Notes: generated by a model from the letters alone, not told the origin. A stretch of DNA of 64,000 nucleotides from an uncultured Alphaproteobacteria bacterium (GCA_902536655.1 CACAYF010000009.1:3122-67121); one strand, 5' to 3'. Counted from the stretch's first letter, positions 30,302 to 42,290 are shown. Translations and numbers: made by a program.

Positions 30302-31310
30302 TACTTATTATCTCGTATTCTATCAGGTCAGACTTAAATTTGTTATTATTTTTTCTTTTTAGTGTTATTTTTTTTCTCTTACTCAAAAATAAATTCATTT
30401 TTTTTTTGTCTAAAATATTTACCAATGGATATATTAACTTCATTTCATTTAAATTTCCCTTACAGTACATTACAATATCGCATCCACCTTTGTAACAATT
30501 AGTTACTTTGGTCTGAAGGTCTCCCTTTAGAGCTTTCATAGAAATGTCATCTGAAATAACAAGTCCTTTGAAATTGAATTTTTTTCTTAAAATATTCTCT
30601 ATAATTTCATGAGAATAAGTTGCAACTTTTGAATCAATCGAAGGATATTTTATATGAGCTAACATAACCATTAGAGACTTGTCGAGGAGCTTAAATGGTA
30701 CCAAGTCTGTTTTTATTAAGTCTTTATAACTTTTATTTACAACTGATGCTCTCAAATGTGTATCAAACTTTGACCTTCCATGACCGGGAAAATGCTTTGG
30801 TACTGGAATAATTCCAGAGTCTTTAATGCCTTTGCAAAATGAGTTTGATAAATTTAGTACTAATTCAGGATCTGATCCAAAAGATCTATCCCCTATTATT
30901 TTGTGTGCATGATCAAAAAAAAGATCACACACTGGAGAAAAATTTACATCTATAGAAATTTCATTAAGCTCTTCGCCCATCAAATATGCAGATTTATAAG
31001 CTAATTCTAAAGCCTTTTTCTTATCTTTTTTATATATATTGCCAAAAGTCATTTGAGGTGGAAATTTTGTAAATTCGTTATTGTTAAGTCTTTGAACCCT
31101 ACCCCCTTCTTGATCAATGAAAATTAGTAAATCAGGATTTAAAGTTGCTTTTTTTATATTTTTAATAAGTAATCTAATTTGTTTTTTGTTTTTAAAATTT
31201 CTTTTAAAAAGAACGAAACCAAAAGGATAAATATCTTTGAAAAAGTTTTTTTCATTTGATGTTAGTTCATAACCAAAACAAGATAAAATTATAGCATCTA
31301 CTTGTTTCAT
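30285..31310 (-). CDS. nagZ: Beta-N-acetylhexosaminidase (GH3, NagZ-like)
   Basis: It carries IDQEGGRVQRL and KHFPGHG, the GH3 catalytic motifs. Confidence 0.85.
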   Translation of the reverse strand: MKQVDAIILSCFGYELTSNEKNFFKDIYPFGFVLFKRNFKNKKQIRLLIKNIKKATLNPDLLIFIDQEGGRVQRLNNNEFTKFPPQMTFGNIYKKDKKKALELAYKSAYLMGEELNEISIDVNFSPVCDLFFDHAHKIIGDRSFGSDPELVLNLSNSFCKGIKDSGIIPVPKHFPGHGRSKFDTHLRASVVNKSYKDLIKTDLVPFKLLDKSLMVMLAHIKYPSIDSKVATYSHEIIENILRKKFNFKGLVISDDISMKALKGDLQTKVTNCYKGGCDIVMYCKGNLNEMKLIYPLVNILDKKKMNLFLSKRKKITLKRKNNNKFKSDLIEYEIISNAPKS

Positions 31311-31311
31311 A

Positions 31312-31860
31312 TTAACTTTTAATAATTATGCATTGAATCTTATTTTTTTTTAATTTTTCACATTCACTATTTGCTTTTCCGAGCGGATATTTTCTTTCAG
31401 ATATTACTCTATAAAAAATTTGATTTTCCTTAATTTTAACTTCTTTTACAATCAGATTTATCCCAAAAGACATATTTGACATTTTTTCTTTTAATTTAGT
31501 AGAAATTTGTAAACTTCTTTGTTTTTCTCTGAATGACGCAAATTGAATTCTGAAATTATCTTTTTTAATTTCATCTTTTTCTATTTTTGCGCTTGATTTT
31601 TTTTCTTCAGATTTCACAATTTTTTCAGATTCATCATTATCTTTTTCTAATATTTCGTAAACAGAGTTTTTATCTCTTGAGAAATTGTTATCAATTTTTT
31701 TAACTAAAATTTCTTGTTGTTCTAATACTCGAAGATCTTTTTCGGGTACTACTGCATTAAAAGAAATTACAATGACAAAAATAAAAAAAACATATGATAA
31801 TATTATGCTGAATATCTTAAATCTACTTTTATTCATTCTACATATTCTCTGGACATTCAA
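31312..31860 (-). CDS. Membrane-anchored SPOR-domain protein
   Basis: It has an N-terminal TM and a C-terminal FRIQFASF...A..L...L......G..L......YRVI....P...A...C..L pattern typical of SPOR peptidoglycan-binding domains. It sits in the conserved position between argS and nagZ. Confidence 0.6.
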   Translation of the reverse strand: MNVQRICRMNKSRFKIFSIILSYVFFIFVIVISFNAVVPEKDLRVLEQQEILVKKIDNNFSRDKNSVYEILEKDNDESEKIVKSEEKKSSAKIEKDEIKKDNFRIQFASFREKQRSLQISTKLKEKMSNMSFGINLIVKEVKIKENQIFYRVISERKYPLGKANSECEKLKKNKIQCIIIKS

Positions 31861-33550
31861 TTTTTAAAATATTCATACCCTTTCTAATAATCATACTAAT
31901 TGAAAGGATAAGTACAATTCTAGATAAGGAAATGTTACAATCTTTATCAATAATAACCTTTTTTGACGAATCCACTTTTCCGAGACCCCAATATGCGTGA
32001 AAATCTTTTGCAATATCGAATAAGTAGTTAGCAATTCTGTGGGGTTCATAAAATTTAGCAGCTTTTATTATTACATTAAAAAAATTACAAACTTTTATTA
32101 TCATAATTATTTCTTCATTTAGATTTAGATTAGACAAATTTACTTGCATAAGATCAATGTTCTTCAAAGAAGTATTAAATGTTTTTTCATAAATTGAAAT
32201 AAGTGACATACACCTCGCATAGGCATATTGAATATAAAATACTGGATTATCTTTCGATTTAGATTTAAAAATTTCAAAATCAAAGTCTATTTTTTTATCA
32301 ACACTCCTTGAGATCATCATATACCTCAACACATCTGAACCCACTTTTTCTACAACTTCTCTTAAGGTAACATAGTTACCTTCTCTTTTAGACATTTTAA
32401 GAACTTGTTTACCATTTAATAAATTGACTAATGATGTTAATTTAATTTCAAAGGTATAATCTGTTTTTTTATTCAATTGTTCTAAGGCACTTTGAAGTCT
32501 TTTTACATAACCTGAATGATCAGAGCCCCAAATATTTAATAAAATGTCATATCTTTTATCAATTTTCTTTTGGTGATAAATTATATCCGTCATAAAATAA
32601 GTGAGTTCTCCATTTGATTTAATCAGTGCTCTATCTGTTTCATCACCGAATTCTTGTGATTTAAATAATAGAAGCTTTTTCTTTTCCCAAGTTTCATTAT
32701 TTGATGACTTAGGTTTTTCTTGATAACCATAATAAGTTAATTTTTTTTGATCGAGTTTTTTAAGTATCTCATCAACATTTTTTTTTGAGGAACATTCTTT
32801 CTCTGAAACAAAAGAATCATGTACGATTTTAATTTTCAAAAGATCCTCCTTGATATCATTCATAATAAATTTAATTATTTTATTTTCAAACATTGGTTCG
32901 GATAACTTTTCACTAAAGATTTTTTCTGAAATTTCCTTTAAGTATTCACCAGGGTATAGTTCGTCGTCAGTTTTAATGTTTTTATTATTGCGACTTTTAG
33001 AGTGAAAATTTATTGTTTTCTTTAGTTTTTTTATTTGTTCACCGGCGTCATTTATATAGTATTCTCTAGTAACTTTGTGACCAACCTCCTCTAAAATGGA
33101 TGCAATAGTATCACCAAAAACCGCCCCTCTAGCATGTCCAATATGCATCAATCCTGTGGGATTAGCTGAAACAAATTCTAAGCAGATATTTTTCTTTTTA
33201 ATATTATAATTTAAAGAATTAATACTTTTAAAATAGAATTTTAATTGATCTTGCCAAAATGATTTTTTAAAAAATATATTTAAAAATCCAGGTCCTACAA
33301 CCTCTACCTTTTCAATAAAGTTTTCTTTGTCCATGTATTTAGATATTTTTAATGCAAGATCTCTTGGTGGGAGTCCAATTTTTTTAGCAAATACCATTGC
33401 AATATTTGTAGAAACATCACCAAATTTTTTATTACTTGGAATTTCGATATTAAAAGATGATTGCTTTGGAACCTCTTTAATATTTTTTTTTGAATATTCT
33501 GAATTAATATAATCAAATAATTCTTTTTTTAATAAATCATGATACAACAT
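31838..33550 (-). CDS. argS: Arginyl-tRNA synthetase
   Basis: 570 aa with class I motifs (SANPTGLMHIGHAR, a KMSKR-like MSKREG) and a C-terminal DALR domain. Confidence 0.92.
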   Translation of the reverse strand: MLYHDLLKKELFDYINSEYSKKNIKEVPKQSSFNIEIPSNKKFGDVSTNIAMVFAKKIGLPPRDLALKISKYMDKENFIEKVEVVGPGFLNIFFKKSFWQDQLKFYFKSINSLNYNIKKKNICLEFVSANPTGLMHIGHARGAVFGDTIASILEEVGHKVTREYYINDAGEQIKKLKKTINFHSKSRNNKNIKTDDELYPGEYLKEISEKIFSEKLSEPMFENKIIKFIMNDIKEDLLKIKIVHDSFVSEKECSSKKNVDEILKKLDQKKLTYYGYQEKPKSSNNETWEKKKLLLFKSQEFGDETDRALIKSNGELTYFMTDIIYHQKKIDKRYDILLNIWGSDHSGYVKRLQSALEQLNKKTDYTFEIKLTSLVNLLNGKQVLKMSKREGNYVTLREVVEKVGSDVLRYMMISRSVDKKIDFDFEIFKSKSKDNPVFYIQYAYARCMSLISIYEKTFNTSLKNIDLMQVNLSNLNLNEEIIMIIKVCNFFNVIIKAAKFYEPHRIANYLFDIAKDFHAYWGLGKVDSSKKVIIDKDCNISLSRIVLILSISMIIRKGMNILKIECPENM

Positions 33551-34689
33551 TAATGACTATACAGATCAAAATATTTTTTGTGAATGTTCATAGCATAATT
33601 GTCTGTCATTCCTGATATATAGTCAGAAACATTTATGTATTTTTCATTCTCATTTTTAAAGTTTCTCCAACTGTCTGGTAATAGATATGGCTCATCAATA
33701 TATAGATCAAAAAGGTCAGACACTATTTTTTTTGCTTTAAAGTTCATAGTTTTTACTTTGGGATGATTATACATTTTATTTTTTAAAAAAACTTTTAAAT
33801 TTTTTTCTTTATTTTTCATTTCATCACCAAAAATTACCAAAGGTTGGTCAAGCTCTAAAATTTCATAGCAGTTTTTAATTTTGAGATTTTGGATGTTTTG
33901 TTTTGTATTACTAATTAAATCATCAATCATAATATTTATTAGTTTTCTTATTAATTCATATTTAATTCTTCTAAACTCTTTATTTTTTTTAAGATTAATT
34001 TTTTTTAAAGCGTCTTTTATTATTTCTAATTCATTTAATTCATCTATTTCAAATAATCCTGCATACAAACCATCATCAATATCATTATTATTATATGCAA
34101 TATCGTCACATATAGCAGCAACTTGAGCTTCAAAAGATCCTTGAGATTTCGTTTCTCCCTCGAAAAAATCAATAAAACTTTGTATGTAACTTGGAAGTAC
34201 TGAGGAAATAGGACCATTATGTTTCAAAATACCATCTAAAGTTTCAAATGTTAGATTTAATCCATCAAAATCTAAATATTTTTTTTCTAAAACTGTTAAA
34301 ATTTTCAAAGCTTGATAATTATGATTAAAGCCGCCCTTTCCTTTCATCTTTTTATTTAAAACTTCCTCACCAGCATGACCAAAAGGTGTATGTCCTAAAT
34401 CATGACTCAATGATATTGATTCAGTGAGATCATCGTTAATATTAAAAATTTTTGAGATAGATCTTGATAATTGCGATACTTCCAAACTATGAGATAATCT
34501 TGTTCTAAAATAATCCTCCTCATGATGAACAAATACTTGTGTTTTATATTTTAACCTTCTAAATGCAGACGAATGTATAATCCTGTCTCTATCCCTCATA
34601 AAACAAGTTCTATTAGGATCATCCTTTTCGTTAAAAATCCTTCCTTTAGATAATTTATAATCAATTGAAAAATTTGAATATTGCACCAT
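33550..34689 (-). CDS. dgt: dGTP triphosphohydrolase-like HD-domain protein
   Basis: It carries ...RTRLSHSLEVSQLSRSI....HDLGHTPFGHAGE.... It is 379 aa and sits in the conserved position upstream of argS. Confidence 0.85.
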   Translation of the reverse strand: MVQYSNFSIDYKLSKGRIFNEKDDPNRTCFMRDRDRIIHSSAFRRLKYKTQVFVHHEEDYFRTRLSHSLEVSQLSRSISKIFNINDDLTESISLSHDLGHTPFGHAGEEVLNKKMKGKGGFNHNYQALKILTVLEKKYLDFDGLNLTFETLDGILKHNGPISSVLPSYIQSFIDFFEGETKSQGSFEAQVAAICDDIAYNNNDIDDGLYAGLFEIDELNELEIIKDALKKINLKKNKEFRRIKYELIRKLINIMIDDLISNTKQNIQNLKIKNCYEILELDQPLVIFGDEMKNKEKNLKVFLKNKMYNHPKVKTMNFKAKKIVSDLFDLYIDEPYLLPDSWRNFKNENEKYINVSDYISGMTDNYAMNIHKKYFDLYSH

Positions 34690-34733
34690 AATCTATATAT
34701 CTATATTATAATTAAAAAAAAAAAAAGACTATA

Positions 34734-35051
34734 ATGTTTGATGTATCTAAAAATGCTACAAATAGAATTAAGGAGATTTCTCTAAAGGAAAAGCACGAGT
34801 ATTTTAGAATTTCTGTTGATGGAGGAGGATGTCAGGGATTTTCTTATAAATTTAATTTTGATAAAAAAATTAATGATGAAGACAAAGTTTTTGAATTCAA
34901 CGATGTAAAGATATTAATCGACCCAACATCCTTAAATTTTCTTAAAGGATCCAAATTAGATTTTGTTAATGACTTGATAGGTTCGTATTTTAAGGTTACA
35001 AATCCTAATGCCAGTTCAACATGTGGTTGTGGAACTTCTTTTTCGCTTTAA
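34734..35051 (+). CDS. erpA: Fe-S cluster insertion protein (ErpA/IscA, HesB family)
   Basis: 105 aa with the C-terminal CGCGTSFSL motif and the conserved Cys in GGGCQGFSY. Confidence 0.85.
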   Translation: MFDVSKNATNRIKEISLKEKHEYFRISVDGGGCQGFSYKFNFDKKINDEDKVFEFNDVKILIDPTSLNFLKGSKLDFVNDLIGSYFKVTNPNASSTCGCGTSFSL

Positions 35052-35831
35052 ATGGCTATAATTGCCTCTTGGAATATAAATTCAGTTAGAATTAGAATTG
35101 ACATTCTTAAAGAATTTATAAATGAAATAAAACCAGATATAATTTTGCTGCAAGAAATAAAGTGTACAAATGAAGAATTTCCAGATTTCTACACATCATT
35201 AAATTACAAGTTAATTGTAAATGGACAGAAAGGAAAGTACGGTGTTGCAACCTTAATAAGAAAAGGGTTAAATTTCAAATCAATTGAACTGAAAAACGAA
35301 ATTTTATCAAGCGAATCACGAACAAATTTTGTATACGTAAATGAATTTGACTTAAACATCTTAAATGTTTATACACCAAACGGAAATCCGATTGAGGACA
35401 AGAAAAAATTCAATTTTAAAATCTCTTGGTTATCAGAAATTAAAAAAGTCTCAACACATTTGATTAATAATTTAGACAATCTTCTAATTGCAGGAGATTT
35501 TAATGTTTTAGAAAATAAAAGTGATGTATTAAATTTTAATGATTGGAAAAATGATGCTCTTGGGTGTATCGAGTCTCGGAAGATTTTTAGGGAAATACTT
35601 TCTTCAGGTCTTACGAACATTGTAAGAATTTTCAAAAAGCCTGGTACAACATTCTCATATTGGGATTATCAAAGAGCTTGTTGGGAGAGAAATGATGGTT
35701 TATTAATTGACCATTTTCTGATTTCACCCAAGTACTTAAAATTTGTCAAAAATATCAATTTTGGTTCAAGATACAGAGGTATGAATAAACCCTCGGATCA
35801 TATTCCAATCTGGATCAATTTAGATATCTGA
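35052..35831 (+). CDS. xth: Exodeoxyribonuclease III (AP endonuclease, Xth family)
   Basis: 259 aa. It starts IASWNINS, then has LLQE, YVP..G, AGDFN and PSDHIPIW, which are the EEP-fold catalytic motifs. Confidence 0.85.
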   Translation: MAIIASWNINSVRIRIDILKEFINEIKPDIILLQEIKCTNEEFPDFYTSLNYKLIVNGQKGKYGVATLIRKGLNFKSIELKNEILSSESRTNFVYVNEFDLNILNVYTPNGNPIEDKKKFNFKISWLSEIKKVSTHLINNLDNLLIAGDFNVLENKSDVLNFNDWKNDALGCIESRKIFREILSSGLTNIVRIFKKPGTTFSYWDYQRACWERNDGLLIDHFLISPKYLKFVKNINFGSRYRGMNKPSDHIPIWINLDI

Positions 35832-37541
35832 ATAATTTTTTGTTTCTTTTTTTGCACCAGGGTGGGTTACCGCACCAAATCTTGCAGAACCGACTGTTTG
35901 AGAAAATTTCCAAAGTGCCCCAGACCCAAAATTATTGTCTCTTTTAAGAATTTTACTTTTTCTTGCTTTCAATGTCTTTTCATCGACATTTAATTTTATT
36001 ATTCCCTCTTTAGCATCAATTAATATTTTATCTCCATTCTCTATAAGAGCAATTGGACCTAAAACCATTGCTTCAGGACTTATATGACCTACGCACAAAC
36101 CTCGTGTGGCACCAGAAAATCTCCCATCCGTAATTAAAGCAACTTTTTCTCCCATACCTTGTCCGTATATTGCAGCAGTTGTAGCAAGCATTTCTCTCAT
36201 TCCTGGACCCCCTTTTGGTCCTTCATATCTAATAACTATTACATCTCCAGCTTCATATTGCTTATTACTTACTGCATCAAAAGCGCTTTCTTCACAATCA
36301 AAACATCTAGCTTTTCCAACAAATTTTTGAGATTTTAAACCTGCAACTTTAACGATTGCTCCGTCAGGAGCTAAATTTCCTTGCAAACCTACAACACCCC
36401 CAGTCTTAGATATAGGATTTTTAGGAGGAAATATAATTTTTTGAGAATCGAAATCTACTTTTACAGAACTTAGATTTTCTTTTAAAGTTTTGCCAGTAAC
36501 AGTGAGGCAAGAACCATCAAGAAAACCTCCATCCAATAAAGCTTTCATTAGAATTGGAACACCACCAATATCATGAAGATCTTTTGCTAGATATTTACCA
36601 CCAGGTTTTAAATCAGCTATGTATGGAGTCTCTTTAAAAATTTTTGCGACATCCATTATATCAAAGTCAATTCCTATTTCATTGGCTAAAGCCGGTAAAT
36701 GTAATGCTGCATTTGTTGAACCTCCAGAGCACGCAACGATTCTTGCAGCGTTGATAAGTGATTTTTTATTTACAATATCCCTAGGTTTAAGTTGCATATT
36801 AATTAAATCCATAACCTTAATTCCAGAGTCATATGCAAATCTATCTCGAGACTCATAAGGAGCTGGAGTTGAAGAGGAACCTGGCAATGCTAGGCCAATA
36901 GCCTCAGCTACACAGGCCATTGTGTTAGCAGTAAATTGACCGCCGCAAGAACCCGCTGATGGACAGGCAACTTTTTCTAAATCACAAAGCTCATCCTCTG
37001 TAATTTTGTTTGAATCAAATTCACCAACTGCTTCAAAAACATCTTGCACTGTGACTTCTTTATTCTTGTGTTTACCAGGAAGTATTGAACCACCATATAA
37101 AAATACAGCAGGAACATTTAACCTTAGCATAGCCATCATTATACCAGGTAATGATTTATCACACCCTGCAATTCCAACCAACCCATCATAACAATGTCCT
37201 CTCATTGAGACCTCAATAGAATCAGCAATAATTTCTCTTGATACCAATGACGATTTCATTCCCTCATGCCCCATCGCAATTCCATCAGTAACAGTGATGG
37301 TTGTAAACTCTCTAGGTGTTCCTACATTATCTTTAACACCCTTCTTCGCTGATTGAGCTTGACGAGAAAGCGAAATATTACATGGTGCAGATTCATTCCA
37401 ACATGTAGCGATACCAACAAATGGTTGGTATATTTCTTTCTCAGTCATACCCATAGCATAGTAATATGATCTGTGAGGTGAACTTTTAGGACCCAAAGAG
37501 ACATGTCGACTGGGCAGGCTTTCTTTTTTTATTTTATTCAT
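35820..37541 (-). CDS. ilvD: Dihydroxy-acid dehydratase
   Basis: 573 aa with CDKSLPG (a cluster-ligand Cys), SLVSREII and the ILD/EDD-family C-terminus. Confidence 0.92.
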   Translation of the reverse strand: MNKIKKESLPSRHVSLGPKSSPHRSYYYAMGMTEKEIYQPFVGIATCWNESAPCNISLSRQAQSAKKGVKDNVGTPREFTTITVTDGIAMGHEGMKSSLVSREIIADSIEVSMRGHCYDGLVGIAGCDKSLPGIMMAMLRLNVPAVFLYGGSILPGKHKNKEVTVQDVFEAVGEFDSNKITEDELCDLEKVACPSAGSCGGQFTANTMACVAEAIGLALPGSSSTPAPYESRDRFAYDSGIKVMDLINMQLKPRDIVNKKSLINAARIVACSGGSTNAALHLPALANEIGIDFDIMDVAKIFKETPYIADLKPGGKYLAKDLHDIGGVPILMKALLDGGFLDGSCLTVTGKTLKENLSSVKVDFDSQKIIFPPKNPISKTGGVVGLQGNLAPDGAIVKVAGLKSQKFVGKARCFDCEESAFDAVSNKQYEAGDVIVIRYEGPKGGPGMREMLATTAAIYGQGMGEKVALITDGRFSGATRGLCVGHISPEAMVLGPIALIENGDKILIDAKEGIIKLNVDEKTLKARKSKILKRDNNFGSGALWKFSQTVGSARFGAVTHPGAKKETKNYSDI

Positions 37542-38314
37542 TAATATTTTTGTAATAGCAATTTTCTAAATATTCTACTAAAATCTGACTTGCTCTCAAA
37601 AAAAGAGAAATGTCCAGAATTTTTGATTTTATATCTGACAGAGCCAAAAGTATATTTTGATACCTTAAATTGTGAATTTTCTCCATGAATATAAACTTTT
37701 TTTTTAAAGAAGGTTTTAAAATAATTTAATAGCTTATTTGATTCACTTAATTGAACGCATTCATCTGATAAATCATAAAAGACAGATGGTGAGGTTTTTT
37801 TTAATGATCGAGACCAATATTTTAAAAAATGATTTCCTGAAGATTCAACTTTATTTACTAAAATTTCAAATTTACTATTTATAAATTCATTTTTATTATA
37901 AGAAACAGTTTTTTTAGTTAAAGTCTCAGTATCATGCTTAGTTAAGTTTCCCTCGTAATTGATAAAATTACTGATAAGGATTTTTTTCTTAATGAAGGTT
38001 CTCACCAAAATTATTGGGATTACACCACCTAGAGAATGAGCAAAAAATGAAATTTTTGTTATGTTTTTTTTTTTAAGGAAAAGATAAATCTTTTTTGAAA
38101 ATGAATATAAATCATTTTCAGAATATTTAATACCATTGTGTCCAGGAAGCTCAACTATATACAAATTAAATTTTGGCCCCAATGTGTTAAATAAAAATTT
38201 AAAATCATCAGAGCAACAACCTATTCCATAGAAAAGAAAAACAATATTGTTATTGATAATTTTATGTTTATTAGACTTTAAAACAAGATTGTCAAATTTT
38301 ATTTTAAACATCAC
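37541..38314 (-). CDS. Alpha/beta-hydrolase fold protein
   Basis: Its nucleophile elbow is AHSLGG. 257 aa. The substrate is unknown. Confidence 0.55.
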   Translation of the reverse strand: MMFKIKFDNLVLKSNKHKIINNNIVFLFYGIGCCSDDFKFLFNTLGPKFNLYIVELPGHNGIKYSENDLYSFSKKIYLFLKKKNITKISFFAHSLGGVIPIILVRTFIKKKILISNFINYEGNLTKHDTETLTKKTVSYNKNEFINSKFEILVNKVESSGNHFLKYWSRSLKKTSPSVFYDLSDECVQLSESNKLLNYFKTFFKKKVYIHGENSQFKVSKYTFGSVRYKIKNSGHFSFFESKSDFSRIFRKLLLQKY

Positions 38315-40917
38315 TTCTGAGTCAAAAGTTTGAGATTTCTTTTGGCTTCCTCAAGTTTTTGTTTGTGTTGGTTGATTATTTTTGATGGTGCTTTACTAAT
38401 AAATTCACTATTATTTAATTTTTTTTTAAAGAAATTAATTTCATTCTCATAAAATAAGATTTTTTTACTCAATGAATTTTGATCACTAAAATTCGAACCT
38501 TCATAGGGTACAATAATTATTTTTACACCGAAAATTACTAGAGTTTTAAAGTTTTTAATTTCATTAATAATCTGTTTTTTATATTCTATTGACTCAAATT
38601 TAAATATTGAAGTTAATAAAAAAAGGTTTTCGTCTATCCAATTAATCTTTTCTTCAGAAAGAATAAAGAGATTAAAATTGGATTTGTTATTTCCAATTTC
38701 AAATCTTATTTTTTTTATTAACTCGATAAATTTTTTAAAGTCGTCAATTTCTTCAGACTTGAATTTAAAGTTTAAATCTATGTTTAGTTTTACATTATAA
38801 AAGGAATCTTCAATAAACCCTAACTCTTTGCCTATTTTTTCTGTGATAAATGGTATTACTGGATTGATCAAGTTTAATGATCTTGAAAAAATAAAATTAA
38901 AAACATTTGATATTTCCTTTTTATTTTTATCTTCTTTTAAATAGTTTTTTGAAAGTTCAATATAAAAATCACAAAAATCACTCCATATAAATTGATATAA
39001 TTCAGAAATAATAAGATTAAATTTAAAATTCTCTAAATTTTTAATTACCTTATTTTGGGTTTCAAAAAATCTAGATAAAATCCAATTGTTTACTGATAAT
39101 TCACAGAGTTGAGGGTCAAAATCTTTGTCATACTTAAAGTTATTAAATTGACTGAACCTAGCTACATTCCAAATTTTTGTTATGAAATTTCTGCTATTTT
39201 CAACCAATTTGTCAGAAAGTTTAATATCTCTACCCTGAGTTGATAAATTTGTTAGAGTAAATCTTAAAGCATCAGAACCATATTTTTCAATCAAATCAAC
39301 TGGATCAATAACATTTCCTTTTGATTTTGACATTTTTTGACCCTTTTCATCTTTTACTAAGGGATGAATATAAATATTCTTAAACGGAACTTCATTCATA
39401 AACTCGAGACCCATCATTATCATCCTTGCTACCCAAAAAAAAATAATATCAAATCCAGTAACTAAAACATTAGAAGGATAGAAATTCTCTAATAATTTAT
39501 TTGTATTTGGCCATCCTAAAGTCGAAAAAGGCCATAACGCAGAGGAAAACCAAGTATCCAGTACATCTTCATCTTGATATAAAATTTCGTCAGTTTCATC
39601 TTCTATTTTTAAAATATTAATAGCTTCCTCTTCTGATTTTGCAGCAATCTTAAGTCCATTCTTGGAATACCAAATTGGTATTCTATGTCCCCACCAAATC
39701 TGTCGAGAAATGCACCATGGCTCAATATTTTCTATCCAATACTTAAAAGTATTCATCCAAGATCCTGGATGAAATACAATTTTTTTTTCTTTGATTGCTT
39801 TTTTTACTTTAATACTTATTTTCTGAGTATCTAAAAACCATTGAAAAGTTAGCATTGGTTCTATAATTTCATAGCTTCTATCGCCAACAGGAAAAACCAT
39901 TTTATTATCAACGATTTTTAAAATTTTATTATCTTTTTCAAGTTCACTGATCAATTTTCTCCTCGCAACAAATCTATTTAATCCTTGAAATTCATTTGGA
40001 GTGTTTTTGTTTAAATTTGCTTGTTTATCCAGAATACTTACAAACTCTAAATCGTGTTTTTTTCCTATTTCAAAATCATTAAAATCATGAGCCGGAGTAA
40101 TCTTTACTGCACCAGATCCTTTTTCTGGATCTGCATATTCGTCTCCAAAAATTGGTATACTTTTATTGAGAATAGGAATAAGTGCTTTTTTTCCAATAAG
40201 ATGATTAAGTTTACTATTTTTTGGATGAATAGCTATACCGGAGTCACCAAAGATTGTTTCGGGTCTGGTTGTTCCAATAACTATATTTTCTTTACTGTTT
40301 TCCAGCTGGTACTTTATGAACCACATTTTGCCAACTTTTTCAATTTGGTTCACTTCTAAATCCGAAAGGGCAGTTCCAAGTTTTGGATCCCAATTAACCA
40401 ATCTTTTATCTTTATAAATCAGACCTTTATTATAAAGATCTATAAAAACCTCTTTAACTGAATCACTAAGTCCCTTATCCATTGTAAATCGGGAAATATT
40501 CCAATCCACTGATGTACCCAATCTTTTCATTTGATCAATTATTTTGTCTCCGGATTCTTCTTTCCAATCCCAAATTCTTTCGATAAATTTTTTTCGTCCC
40601 AGTTTAGCTTTGGACAATTTATTTTTTTTTTGAAGCATTTTTTCAACTACTATTTCAGTTGCAATTCCTGCATGATCAGTTCCAGGTTGCCACAGTACAT
40701 TTTTATTTAGCTTTTTATGAAACCTAATTAAGATGTCCTGAAGAGTAAAAGTTAAGGCATGTCCCATGTGCAAACTACCAGTTACATTAGGTGGGGGCAT
40801 CATAACACAAAATGGTATTTTGTTTTCCTCGTGGTTAAAAGAGAATATTTTGTATTTAGACCAATAATCTAAACACTTTGCTTCAATTTCTGAAAAATTA
40901 AATCTTTTATCTAACAT
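38311..40917 (-). CDS. valS: Valyl-tRNA synthetase
   Basis: 868 aa with PPPNVTGSLHMGHA (the HIGH motif), KMSKSKGN, an editing domain and a C-terminal coiled coil. Confidence 0.92.
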   Translation of the reverse strand: MLDKRFNFSEIEAKCLDYWSKYKIFSFNHEENKIPFCVMMPPPNVTGSLHMGHALTFTLQDILIRFHKKLNKNVLWQPGTDHAGIATEIVVEKMLQKKNKLSKAKLGRKKFIERIWDWKEESGDKIIDQMKRLGTSVDWNISRFTMDKGLSDSVKEVFIDLYNKGLIYKDKRLVNWDPKLGTALSDLEVNQIEKVGKMWFIKYQLENSKENIVIGTTRPETIFGDSGIAIHPKNSKLNHLIGKKALIPILNKSIPIFGDEYADPEKGSGAVKITPAHDFNDFEIGKKHDLEFVSILDKQANLNKNTPNEFQGLNRFVARRKLISELEKDNKILKIVDNKMVFPVGDRSYEIIEPMLTFQWFLDTQKISIKVKKAIKEKKIVFHPGSWMNTFKYWIENIEPWCISRQIWWGHRIPIWYSKNGLKIAAKSEEEAINILKIEDETDEILYQDEDVLDTWFSSALWPFSTLGWPNTNKLLENFYPSNVLVTGFDIIFFWVARMIMMGLEFMNEVPFKNIYIHPLVKDEKGQKMSKSKGNVIDPVDLIEKYGSDALRFTLTNLSTQGRDIKLSDKLVENSRNFITKIWNVARFSQFNNFKYDKDFDPQLCELSVNNWILSRFFETQNKVIKNLENFKFNLIISELYQFIWSDFCDFYIELSKNYLKEDKNKKEISNVFNFIFSRSLNLINPVIPFITEKIGKELGFIEDSFYNVKLNIDLNFKFKSEEIDDFKKFIELIKKIRFEIGNNKSNFNLFILSEEKINWIDENLFLLTSIFKFESIEYKKQIINEIKNFKTLVIFGVKIIIVPYEGSNFSDQNSLSKKILFYENEINFFKKKLNNSEFISKAPSKIINQHKQKLEEAKRNLKLLTQK

Positions 40918-40919
40918 TA

Positions 40920-42290
40920 TTATTCAATTATATCCAACCACTTAAATTTGACGTCGTCAAAATTTGTTGTTTCGTCATAATAATTTACATCTAATCCTAA
41001 ATCTTTCGGGTTAAGCCCGCCCATAAAGAAAATAGTTTCGTAGTAAGAATTAAATAGATCCCGATAAGACTTTACAAGATCAAGTTGTGATTTTAACAAT
41101 TCTTGCTCTCCGTCTAGCAAATCAAGCATTGTTCTTTCACCAAGTTGCATTTCTTGTCTCAATCCCTCCAAATAGATCTTGTTTGACTTGATTTGTTTTT
41201 CATATGCTTTAATTTTTGAATAGGAATGATCGTAGGAGGATACAGATGATGTAATGTTAAATTCAATTTCTTCTTTTGTTTGTCGCAATAATTCATTCAA
41301 GGCAAATAGTTGACTTTTAATTTCTCTGATTTTAGAAGAGGCTGCACCAGATTGGTATAAAGGTATGTCAATAACAGCATAAGCTGATAGAACTTCTCTT
41401 TTACTATCAGTTCGAAAGTAACCTTCATTTATGTATGCGTCTGCTTCTAATTTTACACTTGGGAGTTTTTTTCTCTTTAAAGTCTTAACCTGATACTCAA
41501 GTGATTTAATTTGATGAACCAAATCATTAATTTTAGGATTTTTTTTTAGTCCTAAAGATTTAAAATTGTCAATATTTTTTTTAAATTCAAGAACCACTAA
41601 ATTAATTTTTGGGGAAATTGGCTTAATTCCAAATAAATATAAAAAGTTAGCAGTCAAGGATTCTAAATTATTTTCAGATTCTATTAAATCAGATTTTGCC
41701 AAAGATAGTCTCGCATCAGCTATTGAAACATCAGTGAGAGTAACCTCACCTATATCAAACTGTTCCTTTGTTAATTCAAATCTATTTTTTAGAACTTCTA
41801 AATTCTTTTTTTTTAATTGAAAATTCGACTGCTCAGTTGCCATTTCTGAATAAGTTTTTATCGCATCCATAAATATCTCTTGCTCTTTATCTCTAAGAAT
41901 ATATCTTTCTGAAAAGATGGTATTCTTAGCAACCTGAATATTACTTAAACTGCTTCCTCCATCAAAAATATCCTGCGTTATATTTATACCTTTATTAGTT
42001 TCGGTTCTTATTCCATCAGATGTAATATTGAATCCGTGAGAGTTAGTATGTACCTTACCTTTTCTGTAATAACCCTTTATTTCTGGTCTAAATTCAGAAT
42101 ATGCTTGCGGCATCAATTCATCTTTCGACTTCAAAATATTTCTGTAATACTTAAGTTTAGGATTTAACTCATATAGTTTTTCAAGTGACTGTTTTAGATC
42201 GTTATTAACTATTTGATTAGATAGAGCGAATTGAGGAAAAAAAATCAAAAAAACTAAACAAAATTTTTTAAAGGATTTTATCATTATCAT
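40920..42290 (-). CDS. tolC: TolC-family outer-membrane efflux channel
   Basis: 456 aa with a signal peptide and two repeated halves bearing a coiled-coil/beta pattern (LDLLDGEQELLKSQLDL...). Confidence 0.7.
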   Translation of the reverse strand: MIMIKSFKKFCLVFLIFFPQFALSNQIVNNDLKQSLEKLYELNPKLKYYRNILKSKDELMPQAYSEFRPEIKGYYRKGKVHTNSHGFNITSDGIRTETNKGINITQDIFDGGSSLSNIQVAKNTIFSERYILRDKEQEIFMDAIKTYSEMATEQSNFQLKKKNLEVLKNRFELTKEQFDIGEVTLTDVSIADARLSLAKSDLIESENNLESLTANFLYLFGIKPISPKINLVVLEFKKNIDNFKSLGLKKNPKINDLVHQIKSLEYQVKTLKRKKLPSVKLEADAYINEGYFRTDSKREVLSAYAVIDIPLYQSGAASSKIREIKSQLFALNELLRQTKEEIEFNITSSVSSYDHSYSKIKAYEKQIKSNKIYLEGLRQEMQLGERTMLDLLDGEQELLKSQLDLVKSYRDLFNSYYETIFFMGGLNPKDLGLDVNYYDETTNFDDVKFKWLDIIE

